Shown: positions 37,500 through 50,386 of the stretch, one piece after another
Position numbering within the stretch: position 1 is the stretch's first letter
How the letters are laid out: each line of letters opens with the position of its first letter
Assembly (NCBI GenBank): GCA_012295275.1
Contig: CM022676.1
Span: 11,656,001-11,720,000, forward strand
From: Chrysomallon squamiferum
Lineage: Eukaryota > Animalia > Mollusca
Direction: 5' to 3'
DNA length: 64,000 nt
The notes under the pieces: generated by a model
Told to the model about the DNA's origin: nothing
Database searches by the model: none
Seen by the model: only the letters and a program-made list of their open reading frames with translations
Program-made: the position numbers and the translations under genes

Positions 37500-37845
37500 T
37501 AACCAATCATACCTCAGTCGAGACATAACCACAGCCCAGTTCTGTGTTCTAGAAAACACTAAACCTACAGCAGAAACCATTAAGAATATTTTCCTAAGTA
37601 GAACTGATGACTCAGCCTGTCAAAGCTCAGTCAAGAGATGTGTTCAGTTCTAGAAAACACTAAACCTACAGCAGAAACCATTATGAATATTCTGTAAGCA
37701 GAAGTGATCCCTTAGCCTGTCAAAACTCAGTCAAGAGATTTAACCATAGCCAATTCTGTGTTTCAGAAATGCTAAACCTACAAGAGAAACCATTATGAAT
37801 ATTCTGTAAGCAGAACTGATCCCTCGACCAATCACATCTCAGTGA
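37500..37845. repeat. ~100-115-bp degenerate tandem repeat, 3 copies
   Basis: ctaaacctacagcagaaaccatta..gaact/gtgat recurs near 37560, 37660 and 37773. Confidence 0.8.
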
Positions 37846-40553
37846 AGACAGGCTGCTGGAAGACAACAAAGGAGGACAATGAAAAAAAAAAAAAAAAAAT
37901 CAATATGACAGAGGCCGGGAAGCAGGTCTCTTGAGTGTCTTTCAAATTCTTTAATATTCCCGATCTGAATATTCATCTATTGATCTATAAATAGAACACT
38001 TGAAGACAATGACTGGGGGTTCTGAGGAAGGAAATAAAAATGTGAACAATCCTTGTGGCTTTGTCGCGATGCGTTCATCTGCTTCACTATTTATTTTATT
38101 TATTTTATTTATTTATTTATCCAAAATGATAAAAAATAGATTTTTCTTATTTATGATGTGTGTGTGATATAAAATAATTTTTAAAAATATCCAACATATA
38201 AATATTCAAATTTTGTCAAATTTGAACATTTTAGTCCTTTATTTATTTTTTATTTATTTATTAATATTGTTATTATTTTATTATTATTTTTGTTTGTTTT
38301 TTTGTTTTTTGTAATTTCCTATTCCCTTAACGGTCATTTATTTTTACAATTCACTGACTCACAATTATAACAACAGTGTCTTTGTTGTCTTTTTTTTGTT
38401 TGTACTTCCAGTTTTCTTTGTTATTTTTATTTTCATATACTTATCATCTGTTATTTGTAATTAATATTCTTCTTTTGTTTATTTTATATATATATATATA
38501 TATTGTTTATTTATTAAAGGTTTATTTTCTATATATTTTTTTAACATGAAATGAATGAACACATGGTGATGTAATCAATGTGACATATGGAGAACTGTGT
38601 TATAGAATCAATACACAAGTTTCTCACATACCTCACACCTATGTAACTCAAGGCTGTGCATGTTATCAAAATCAAATTTTTCTTCCTTCAACACAAACAC
38701 CAATATTCAGCCTGTCTACCTACACTAACTTACTTATTTCTTTATTAGATGTCACCAATATTCAGCATGAGAATAAACTCTGTATTTTTATAAGACTTAA
38801 GTGAACGGGGATATTTGTTTTAATTATTTTTTGTTTTGTTTTTAATTTTTCTTTAATTATTATTTTATTTTATTTTATTTTATTTTGTTTTATTTTATTT
38901 TGTTTTTTTCCTCACCCCATATTTCATTCAGCGTTTGAAAGCTTTTCTGTTTATATTATTTTCATACCATTCTTATTTGTTTACCACTGTTAACGGGAAA
39001 AGGTAAAATAAAATTCACGGAATGTCAAATAATAATAATAAAAATTTAACAGGAGATATTGATAGAACAGGTCACAAATGCTATATAAACATTTGCAACG
39101 TGACATGAAAATAAAATAATCATTGTTTATCAAACTGTACAGAAACAAATATGCAGCAGCTTTCAGAAGAATGAAAACCATGACAGAATGAAATAATAGT
39201 AATAATAATAATAATAATATGATGGTGATGATAATAATGATAACAAAAATACGTTACACTTAAGAGAATAATATAAAAATAAAAATATTCTCTACTCATT
39301 AAGTACTTCTCTTAATTTTAATTCTTATTTCAAATACACATATACAAAAAAAAAAAAAAAAAAAAATAAAATAAAATAAAAAAAAATAAAATAAAATAAA
39401 TTATTATAATATAATAAAAAGAATAAAAATAATGGACACATTTGTCTCTATCAGAGTAACACAAACAACTTGACTGTCACAAACAACCATTAAATTAATT
39501 TTACAAGGAAACTTCATTAGCATTGATTGCCTAACCGGAATGGTTTCCATGGCAATAAAACGTTAAAATGAAGTAACTGTTGAGGAAAGCAAACAGAACA
39601 GAAAGGAAGGAAAAACAGACAGACAGACAAGACAGATAAAGCATATTGATTATGTAATCATTCCATTGTTCTAAAGCTGCATGGTTTAGTTAACAGTACA
39701 CGCTGAAATCTTTCACTGGTAATGTATGTGTATTATGTAACTGATCCTGTATTTTACATATTCCACTTAGATGATGACACTTCATACATGCACTGAATGT
39801 AACACTGAAAATACATCCTGCAAATACTCTACACATAATACAGCACACACACAATGACACAATATTGCAGAGTTATGGAGGGCATAGTATTGCATAAATG
39901 TACTAGACATAATATTGCATGAATATACTGAATCATAATATTGCATACATGTACTAGACATAATATACTAGAGATGATTCTGCACATGTATATCAGATAG
40001 TATTGACCTGTATTAGATAATAATTTAATGGAAACTGGCTACTGGTCAGTGGTGAGTGAGTATAAAATTGTCTGTTCTTGTTTTATAATGTTATATACAG
40101 AATCCTTATCAGTTTCAGCATACTACTGAACCACCCAGTACATGACAGTGCTATTTTCAGTGTATCGTAAATAATGCAGAAAACATAAATTTTCTTTCTG
40201 GAGTGATTATTCTGAATCTAATTAGTTCTGTGCTTTGTTAGAAGAATGTTTATCAGCTACAGTAACCTGTTGTCACACCCCACTCATTGATAATATATCT
40301 GTTTTAAAACCAATGTACTGCCAAAAATACCCTGCCCAGTTAGTTGTATGTGTCAGCTTTATGGACAGTCATAATGTAATTATAGAGTATGTACAGAAAA
40401 ATGGAATATTCACAACAAAGACAACCTTCCAGTCAACGTTTAAACTAGCAAGGCCAAATGGAAGGTGGTAATGAAATAAAGACAGGTTTAACCTAATCAG
40501 AAGCAGCTGTGTAACTTAATAATTGAGTGTTAATTGTGTAAGAGAATGAGAAT

Positions 40554-40995
40554 TGTGAATCTTCTAACAAGATGTTTTGTTTGTGACACCTACACAACTA
40601 ATTCTAGTCACTGTAGTAACACTGTAGACATCAGCTTGCATCACAAAGACTGAAACTGTGAATGTTCTAACAAGATGTTTTGTTTGTGACACCTACACAA
40701 CTAACTCTAGTCACTGTAGTAACACTTTAGACATCAGCCTGCATCACAAAGACTGAAACTGTGAATGTTCTAACAAGATGTTTTGTTTGTGACACCTACA
40801 CAACTAATTCTAGTCACTGTAGTAACACTGTAGACATCAGCTTGCATCACAAAGACTGAAACCTGTGAATGTTCTAACAAGATGTTTTGTTTGTGACACC
40901 TACACAACTAATTCTAGTCACTGTAGTAACACTGTAGACATTAGCTTGCATCACAAAGACTGAAACCTGTGAATGTTCTAACAAGATGTTTTGTT
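40554..40995. repeat. 103-104-bp tandem repeat, ~4.3 near-identical copies
   Basis: ttctaacaagatgttttg recurs at 40562, 40665, 40768, 40872 and 40976. Confidence 0.95.
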
Positions 40996-41779
40996 CATCG
41001 CCCACCTACTCACACCTAGATTAAAACTCTACGTAAAATACATCAGTTTGTATCAGCAAGGTTTCATGTATTATTTTTCCATTCCAAACCCCAAAAATAA
41101 AACTGCCACACAAAGGAAGATTTCTTCTCTAAAACAATGTTTTTACAAGTTGTGTACATACCACACTGTGAGTTGCCCAAAACCAAAACCAAACCAACAA
41201 TGGTGAACCCATCTTACTTTTCTCATTCCAATCTTTGCCCAAACTCTGTCACAGCTATGACCATGTTATGAATTTAGTGCTTTAAATGAAATTCAAAGAC
41301 AATGTTTAAACATTTGTACATAGATTTATTCAACCACATATGCATCATTTTACTCCACTACTTTCTGCCAATGTGAGGCAGATTCATAGTTCAGTCCTCC
41401 CAGAACTTGCCATCTTCCTGTGTGATGAACTGGTCCAAATGCTACAAACTTCTCTTCAAAACCAATTTTAACAGAGATATTTTTTATATGATTACTCATA
41501 AATGATTAAAAAATGGAAGAAAAAAAGGAAATTGTCTCGTTTTATCATTGTAACTAAAAGCACATCAAATATGTAAATAACAACAGTAACATTTACCCTC
41601 CACTTTATTTTTACCAGTACTCAGACTTCCTGTTACATCAGAATAACTGCATGAACAAAAAAAAACACTCATATCAAGGCTTGCTAACCCGCCAGTGTAA
41701 TGTTAAATACTATTTAACAAATAAAATGGATTTAAAAAGCGTGGATGTAAATGTCAGTGTAAACTAGGTTAGGGAAGAA

Positions 41780-41905
41780 CAGCAGTTTTATATACAATAC
41801 AGCAGTTTTAATATACAATACAGCAGTTTTATATATAGATATCAGTACAGCAGTTTTTATATACAGATATCAATACAGCAGTTTTTATATACAGATATCA
41901 ATACA
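41780..41905. repeat. Short tandem repeat (acagcagtttt(t)atata...), 19-28-bp units
   Basis: Seen directly. Confidence 0.8.
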
Positions 41906-42945
41906 CTAGTTTTCTGACACATTCAGTGTGTTCATTCACTGATACTACTGTGTTAAATGATAACACAGTTTTTATTTTACACATACTGGCTATTTCATTC
42001 TCTGTGCCATCACATCAAGATGGCTTCTCACAGAGTATGTATGGTATACCTGTTTTTCCAATTGGAAATAAATCCTTAAAGATGCCTTTCTCATGAAATA
42101 AACTGTGTGGAATATAAACTCCTCTGCTATTAATTAATATATACCTAATATTGAAACATTAGAGCTGGGTTTTTCCCTCGATCATCAAAACCTAATAAAG
42201 ATTAATAAAAATGAAATAATAATCATTAATATTAAGGAATTTTGAGGAGGTACTAGAAATTCATCGATTCATTAACTTTTTTTAATGATAAAAAGCAGAC
42301 ATATTTTGTGTTGTGGGTTCAACGTATGAAATCAAAGACAAACAGTTTGGAAAGAGTTTAGAAATGATGTGTAAACAACCTGCACATTCCTTTCATTCTG
42401 TGAATCAGTGCCAGGTCTGGGGTGTGACAATGAGTCTCACAGAGAAAAGAACTAATTAGTCAGATAGAGGAACACAAACTTACATCCACCATGAGACTAA
42501 CAAAGCACCCAGCAGATAAACATTCTTCTAACAAAGCACAGAACTAATTAGATTAAGAATAATCACTCCAGAAACAAAATGTAGGTTTTCTACCATATTT
42601 ACGACACACTGAAAATAGTGCTGTCGTGTTCTGGGTGGTTCAGTAGTGTGCAGAAACTGATAAACATTCATCTAACAAAGCACAGAACTAATTAAAGAAA
42701 TCTTCTGTAATGTTTGTAATAATCAGAAATAGAAAGAACTGTCATGTGTTGGTGATGACAAGATTATACTGAAACTGATAAGCATTTACCTAAGAGCAGC
42801 AAACTTCAGTTAATGGTTGTAATATGTCTAATGCTGCTGTCAGGGGTTGGGGGAGAGACAACAAAACATTGAAGTTAATTAAAATTGGTCTGGATAAAGT
42901 GCAGAACTAATTAGTTTGAAAATACATACAGAGGATGATAAACAT

Positions 42946-42974
42946 TGACGTCAGCACGAGAAAAACTGACGTCA
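42946..42974. promoter_or_regulatory. Two perfect CRE palindromes (TGACGTCA) 21 bp apart
   Basis: Motifs at 42946-42953 and 42967-42974; function untested. Confidence 0.35.
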
Positions 42975-43864
42975 GAAGAACTATAATACTTGATAAAGAT
43001 GAAATGACGACTGTAAATGTCAGATCATTAAGTGGTACTGTGTGCATTCATTTAAAACAACCCATGTCGAAGATTAAACAAATTTTAAAGTAGTTTTTCC
43101 AGTTTAAAAAAGACGTCTATTAATTGAAGAACAGGCTGACATTAATCTGGTTGGACTCTATTCATCTTCAGTGAAACTAATTGATTTACTAAATATAGCC
43201 ACAGTCTACCATCCAGTTTAATATTTCTCTGTATCAGCAAGTGTGGCTGGCAGATGACATTTTTCTATTATAAAAATACATCCAACATTTTACAAATAAA
43301 CGTATACATTATATTGTAGCTTAATGTTGGGTTTTTAGTGTTTAGTTTTTGAGAAAAAAAAAATATATCCTAGGGTTTATGAATGGAAGTATGTTTTTTT
43401 GTTTGTTTTGTATTGATGGTAATACATGTGTGTGTTTCAATAACTAGGTTAGGAAGATTGTTTTGTTTTAAATATACTGTCTGGTCTTTCTTTTTTTTAA
43501 TTCCCCACCACAGGTATATCTGAGAACAAGGGGAAAGGGATTATGGAACAGTAACGTCAAAAATAAAAATAAGTAATATGTTTTAATATTAGATTATTTA
43601 GGTCTATCAGCAATGTTCATCTCTGACTCTGAAAAGCGCAGTTGTAATGTAAACAGATGTGTAATTTGAAATAAGTTTAAACAAAAAGCTTTCTTGTGTT
43701 GGATGATAACTGAGTATTTCTGAAGTAGTGATAGTATCTCAACTGTCTCTCTTTCCATCTAATAACAAATTTTTGTCTTGAGGAGTAACACATCAGTCAT
43801 GTTCTTTGTTCTCTGTGCATTCTCAAGGTACACAGCGTACTCATATTCAAATATTAGTGTGTTT

Positions 43865-43896
<32 letters not shown>

Positions 43897-44613
43897 CAAA
43901 ATAACTAAATCTCAATAAATGGGGTTTTCTTAACATTTACAAATACAAGTATATTATTATACAAAAAACACAACACAAGTTGATTAATTCTTTGTCTCAA
44001 AACTAATTCTTTCTCTTCATTTTACCCAGCTGAAGTTAACAAAATACATATTTAATGTTGCTGAATCTCCAGTTACTTCACAAAACAAAGCATTTCTGCT
44101 ACAAAATGTAACAGACGCTGTAAATTAAGAAAGCCACGATTTAATGTAATCCTCAGATTTGATTTAGTCGACCCCGTACTTGATAAAATCAGAAATGATA
44201 TAGCCAATGATGTAAGATACAGTTCAGCTCATTCAGCCAATCATACATGATTTAACTAGACTGGATCCAGGCAAAGACATCTGATCTGATTCTTCAGACA
44301 TGATACACATCAGAAACGATACAACCCAGTGATAGATAGATTTGATATCACAACCGACATTTTACAGTTCAGCAAACAGGCTGCAGTTCATCAGATACCA
44401 AGTAGCCCAATCTGCCATTATTTTCTCTGCAAAGCTATGATTTTTGTGGATGGGGAAGGCAGGACAGGTCCTGGGAAGACGCAGTGTTCACAGATCAATA
44501 CTGCCTGCTCTTAACTCACTTCATGCAGCTGCTCATTGTTTGTCCTTGTTTGCCAACATGGAAATGAGCAATCACGAAAGAATACAGCACAGTTCCAGCA
44601 TCACTGCTAATCA

Positions 44614-44892
44614 CTGGTTTAGATTGGGAAAACACTGCTATTTTAATGAACTACTGCATTTAAAAACACTGAAAAAATACTGCATTGTTTAGATTGGGAA
44701 AACACTCTATTTTAATGAACTACTGCATATGTAAAACACAGAAAAACAGTAATATGTAACTGAAATTACTGGTTTAGAATGGGAAAACACTAGTATTTTA
44801 ATGAACTACTGCATATAAAGAAATGTAGAGAACTAGTGATACATCAAAGAAACTATGTAACCACTGGATTAAATTGGGAAAACACTATTTTA
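44614..44892. repeat. Degenerate 70-95-bp repeat (tttagattgggaaaacact..ttttaatgaactactgcat), 3-4 copies
   Basis: Core recurs near 44618, 44688, 44773 and 44870. Confidence 0.8.
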
Positions 44893-44959
44893 CTAACATC
44901 TAAATAAAATATAATGACTTCACCACCCACCGACACACACACACACCCACACACACACA

Positions 44960-45004
<45 letters not shown>

Positions 45005-46761
45005 GGATAACACTGTTCTTACAGGTTTAGACTCAGGGAAAGAAGTGTAGTTAACAGCAAAGAGAAGAAAAAAATCAGTAACATGAACAATTGATGGTGG
45101 ACAGAAAGCAATAAAACACTGTTAAGCTGATGGATGCTGATGACCTGAGTGTACAGAAATCAATGAGCTATTCCCTCCCTAACAACTGATCACAGAGACA
45201 TGTTCCTCCACACACACACCAGACAAATTACTGTATTAAGCAGATTTATCATTCACTGAAAGCATCCAGAGATTTCTGTATCACTTGAAGTATGCCTCTG
45301 GTGCTATGAATTAATGAACTAATAATATTCATTATGCGTCGGAGACATCATGTTATCATTCTGCGTGGCCTATCATCACTTGTAACAAAATTTCACAATG
45401 AAATAATACAGGTACACTCATATCAATGCTGCTGGTTCATCTCTTCTTCATTGAAATTATGACACATAACTGATTTTCTACTGTATTTTTTGTTTTAACA
45501 GAAGAAGAAAGAGGTCAACCACAAAGATCATGTCATCAAACCAGACAGTTTAAAAACTGTGTTCTTTTGTGTTTGTATTTCAATATTGAGACTGAAGTAG
45601 CAAAAAAAAAACAAGACTTATAAGTGTATGTAATATGTTTACACAGTTTCTTCAAACTACAAAAGTAACACATCTTTGCAGAAGTATGAAGATGATGGCT
45701 GTCACTGGTCATTTCAAGCAACCGTGAGGAAATGAAAATAAAATCCAGTTCATAAAAACTGTAACCAAATCTTTGGTAAATAAAGTTTCTATGAAACTGT
45801 AACAGAAATGATGACTTCATACATGATATTAAATTCTGATGTAAAATATTGTTGGGCTAAGAATTATCAGCTACAAATGTACATTGTCACCTGGCCTACT
45901 TGAACATGACCTGAAAAACTAGTTATCTGTACATATCTTTTAACACATCATCATTAATGTACTCCCCTAATTTAATTTGCACTTGCTATTTTCATTCTTT
46001 ATCTAAACAACATTACTAACACTTTTATCCAGATGTTGTCATCATAAGAAATAAACTGCTGACAGCAACTAGCAACAAGGAAACAAATGTTTATTTATTA
46101 TTTTAATTTAAAATATTTACTCTTTTTTTTTTGGTAAAATTAAAATAATAATTAAAAAGAAAAAGATTTAAAAACCTTTACAAGTCAATCCCAGAGTTTC
46201 ACATACATAATAAGCCTTTTCTGAATCTTCTAAAAAAAATCTGCAAATGTCTTCTTATTCAAAAAAAAAAATTAATTAAAAAACAAAGAAAAAAAACGAA
46301 GAAAATACTCCAAAACAGAATTTTCACAAAACAAAGATAAAAGAAATAAAAATCAAGGACATTAACAATTAAAATATGCCTGCAGATAAAGTCAAAGAAC
46401 CTAAGTGGTGGAAATGATACGTTTGTGTTTCAAATAAAAAAATAATTAGCAATAATAATAATACCAAAATTGTATCAACATGTGGAACTGATAGGGTTAT
46501 TACCAAAACCAATTCCTTGACAGCAGCAGTTACCATAGAAACCAGAAACATTCAAACTGTTCTACACTATTAGAGACAATCTAATTGATCATGAGGACTT
46601 TTGACTTGGTTGCCATGGCAGCAGCTGTGGAAATGACCTGGCAGTTTAGCCTTCAGCTGTAACAGAAATAAGTGTGAAACACACTGACAGAACAATTTAC
46701 ATGAAGAATGTGAATTCTCTTTTTTCTTCTTTTCCTTACACTTGTTTATAACGGAAAGAAA

Positions 46762-46817
<56 letters not shown>

Positions 46818-48204
46818 ACTCATTTCAGGATATTACCCTTACGTTTCACATAGTTTTAAATAGCATTTTGCACAACCCATTTCAAATCAAAGAACCATCT
46901 ACTGTTTCTTTCTGTTACTATTTTTGTTAATTTTTTAATTAGATAACCATCTTTAAACACTGTGCTGAAGTGCATTTGTAATTTTTTATTTCTTTATTTG
47001 TTTGATAAGAAATTAATTTCTAGCTTGCCACCAGTATGGTCCCACTTTTAAACTATCCAGTAAAGCCAGTCTCTTGTTATTAAAGCTGTTTGAAGAGATC
47101 AGACTGAAATGATGAACGGTATTAAAACAATCTGTTGTCAGTTAGCAGGTACTGAAACCATCAGTCAACAGGTGATACTAATCTGCATCCAGGTAACACA
47201 TTGGGGAAGCCAGGGCTGGTCAGTTTACCAACAACACCTGTAACTCATCTGACCAGTGTACACTCACAAACTGGTGTAGATCAACTGACCATCACCGGTC
47301 AACTCTTTACACATGAAAACAAGCATCCAGCGAAGTCTCGAGCCAGTGGATAAATCAGCCACGTTCGCTTTGGTTTATTCACATTTCTAAATATCTTCCA
47401 AGTGATTCAAACTGGCAAACATTAACTAAGTGGTCAGTTTGCTCACACACACAGAAACAAACCCTGCATGAAACGGGCTTCAGGCCAACAGAGCAGGTGT
47501 CAGTACAGATATAATGTTTTAAACATTGAGAAAAGCTGTATTTGCCAGTGGTTACAGGTAAAGAAACAATCTAGTCAACAGCCAGGGAAAGGGGTTTTTG
47601 GTTATCACAATCTACGTTAGCTTTCTAACAGCACTGAAAGGCCATTCAATATATTAAGATTTTGTTTGTTTGCAGAAGAAACACACAAGGTTTTTAACTG
47701 CATCTGACTGAAAGTACACTGAGCTATACAGATAGCAGGGTTGATAAAAATAAATAATAGTATTTTAAACAACAACAAATCTTAAGTCACGACACAGATT
47801 GTTTTCCAATGCCAGCAGCTTCTTTGTTCAAACAGAGATTTCGATTTTTTTTCTGATTTTGTTCTTGGAAACCTCACAGAATTTGGTTACTAAAATGGTT
47901 TAACATGTACTAATCAACTGTTCTGTGCTATATTCTGTGTGTTCTGGAGCTCTGTTGATGTATTCACTGCCAGAGTTGTTGCTGACTAGAATTTCAAACA
48001 GGCGGATAGACTGGTGCTTGCCCGCAGTAACTTCTACACATGATAAACAGTGGGCAGATTATGGATCGAAGGTTTGGCAGATGAAGTGGAAATCTGATAG
48101 ATCTTGAGTACATCACTTTAAACTGCTCAAAGAATGTGATTAAGTAACATACACCACACTAGATAACATGAAAACTGAACACTGCAGTGAAATCTTCTAC
48201 TACC

Positions 48205-50386
48205 AGAACAGAGAATAGTAGTAGTGAGTCTACAGAATAGATAATAGTAGTAGTGATAGCACTAGTTAGTCTACAGAACAGAGAATAGTAGTAGGGAGTC
48301 TACAGAACAGAAAATAGTAGTGATAGCAGTAGAGTCTACAGAAGAGAGACTAGTAGTAGTGATAGCAGTAGTGAGTTTACAGAACAGAGAACAGTAGTAG
48401 TGATAGCAGTAGTGAGTCTACAGAAGAGAGACTAGTAGTAGTGATAGCAGTAGTGAGTTTACAGAAGAGAGACTAGTAGTAGTGATAGCAGTAGTGAGTC
48501 TACAGAAGAGAGACTAGTAGTAGTGATAGCAGTAGTGAGTTTACAGAACACAGAACAGTAGTAGTGATAGCAGTAGTGAGTTTACAGAAGAGAATAGTAG
48601 TAGTAGTGATAGCAGTAGTGAGTTTACAGAACAGAGAACAGTAGTAGTGATAGTAGTAGTGAGTCTACAGAACAGAGAACAGTAGTAGTGATAGCAGTAG
48701 TGAGTCTACAGAACAGATAATAGTAGTAGTGATAGCAGTAGTGAGTTTACAGAACAGAGAACAGTAGTAGTGATAGCAGTAGTGAGTTTACAGAACAGAT
48801 AATAGTAGTAGTGATAGCAGTAGTGAGTCTACAGAACAGATAATAGTAGTAGTGATAGCAGTAGTGAGTTTACATAACAGAGAACAGTAGTAGTGACAGC
48901 AGTAGTGAGTTTACAGTAGAAAATAGTAGTGATAGCAGTAGTGAGTCTACAGAACAGAGAATAATAGTAGTGATAGCAGTAGTGAGTCTACAGTAGAGAA
49001 TAGTAGTGATAGCAGTAGTGAGTCTACAGAATAGATAATAGTAGTAGTGAGTCTACAGAAGAGAACAGTAGTAGTGATAGCAGTAGTGAGTTTACAGTAG
49101 AGAATAGTAGTGATAGCAGTAGTGAGTCTACAGAATAGATAATAGTAGTAGTGATAGCAGTAGTGAGTCTACAGAACAGAGAATAATAGTAGTGATAGCA
49201 GTAGTGAGTCTACAGTAGAGAATAGTAGTGATAGCACTAGTGAGTCTACAGAATAGATAATAGTAGTAGTGATAGCAGTAGTGAGTCTACAGAAGAGAAC
49301 AGTAGTAGTGATAGCAGTAGTGAGTTTACAGTAGAGAATAGTAGTGATAGCAGTAGTGAGTCTACAGAATAGATAATAGTAGTAGTGATAGCAGTAGTGA
49401 GTTTACAGAACAGAGAACAGTAGTAGTGATAGCAGTAGTGAGTCTACAGAACAGAGAACAGTAGTAGTGATAGCAGTAGTGAGTCTACAGTAGAGAATAG
49501 TAGTGATAGCAGTAGTGAGTCTACAGTAGAGAACAGTAGTAGTGATAGTAGTGGTGAGTTTACAGAACAGAGAACAGTAGTAGTGATAGCAGTAATGAGT
49601 CTACAGAAGAGAATAGTAGTAGTGATAGCAGTAGTGAGTTTACAGAACACAGAACAGTAGTAGTGATAGCAGTAGTGAGTCTACAGAACAGATAACAGTA
49701 GTAGTGATAGCAGTAGTGAGTTTACAGAAGAGAGAACAGTAGTAGTGATAGCAGTAGTGAGTCTACAGAACAGATAATAGTAGTAGTGATAGCAGTAGTG
49801 AGCTTACAGAAGAGAGAACAGTAGTAGTGATAGCAGTAGTGAGTCTACAGAACAGATAATAGTAGTAGTGATAGCAGTAGTGAGCTTACAGAAGAGAGAA
49901 CAGTAGTAGTGATAGCAGTAGTGAGTTTACAGAAGAGAGAACAGTAGTAGTGATAGCAGTAGTGAGTCTACAGAACAGATAACAGTAGTAGTGATAGCAG
50001 TAGTGAGTTTACAGAAGAGAGAACAGTAGTAGTGATAGCAGTACTGAGTCTACAGTAGAGAACAGTAGTAGTGATAGCAGTAGTGAGTTTACAGAACAGA
50101 GAACAGTAGTAGTGATAGCAGTAGTGAGTTTACAGAACAGAGAACAGTAGTAGTGATAGCAGTAGTGAGTCTACAGAACAGATAACAGTAGTAGTGATAG
50201 CAGTAGTGAGTTTACAGAACAGAGAACAGTAGTAGTGATAGCAGTAGTGAGTCTACAGAACAGATAATAGTAGTAGTGATAGCAGTAGTGAGTCTACAGA
50301 AGAGAACAGTAGTAGTGATAGCAGTAGTGAGTTTACAGAACAGATAAAAGTAGTAGTGAGTCTACAGTAGAGAATAGTAGTAGTAG
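48205..50386. repeat. Large ~41-bp minisatellite (acagaacagagaacagtagtagtgatagcagtagtgagt[ct]t), >50 copies, ~2.2 kb
   Basis: Head-to-tail units of 36-42 bp with no unique spacers. Confidence 0.97.

Larger units (their letters stand above)
40106..42663. repeat. Inverted repeat pair, ~153-bp arms (40106-40258 and 42511-42663)
   Basis: The reverse complement of 42511-42663 aligns colinearly to 40106-40258 with scattered substitutions. Confidence 0.88.

Noticed and set aside
48205-50386. Regular arrays (also 27839-28322, 30058-30688, 40554-40995) as CRISPR arrays
   Set aside because: They are head-to-tail units without unique spacers, there are no cas genes, and the context is a eukaryotic intron.
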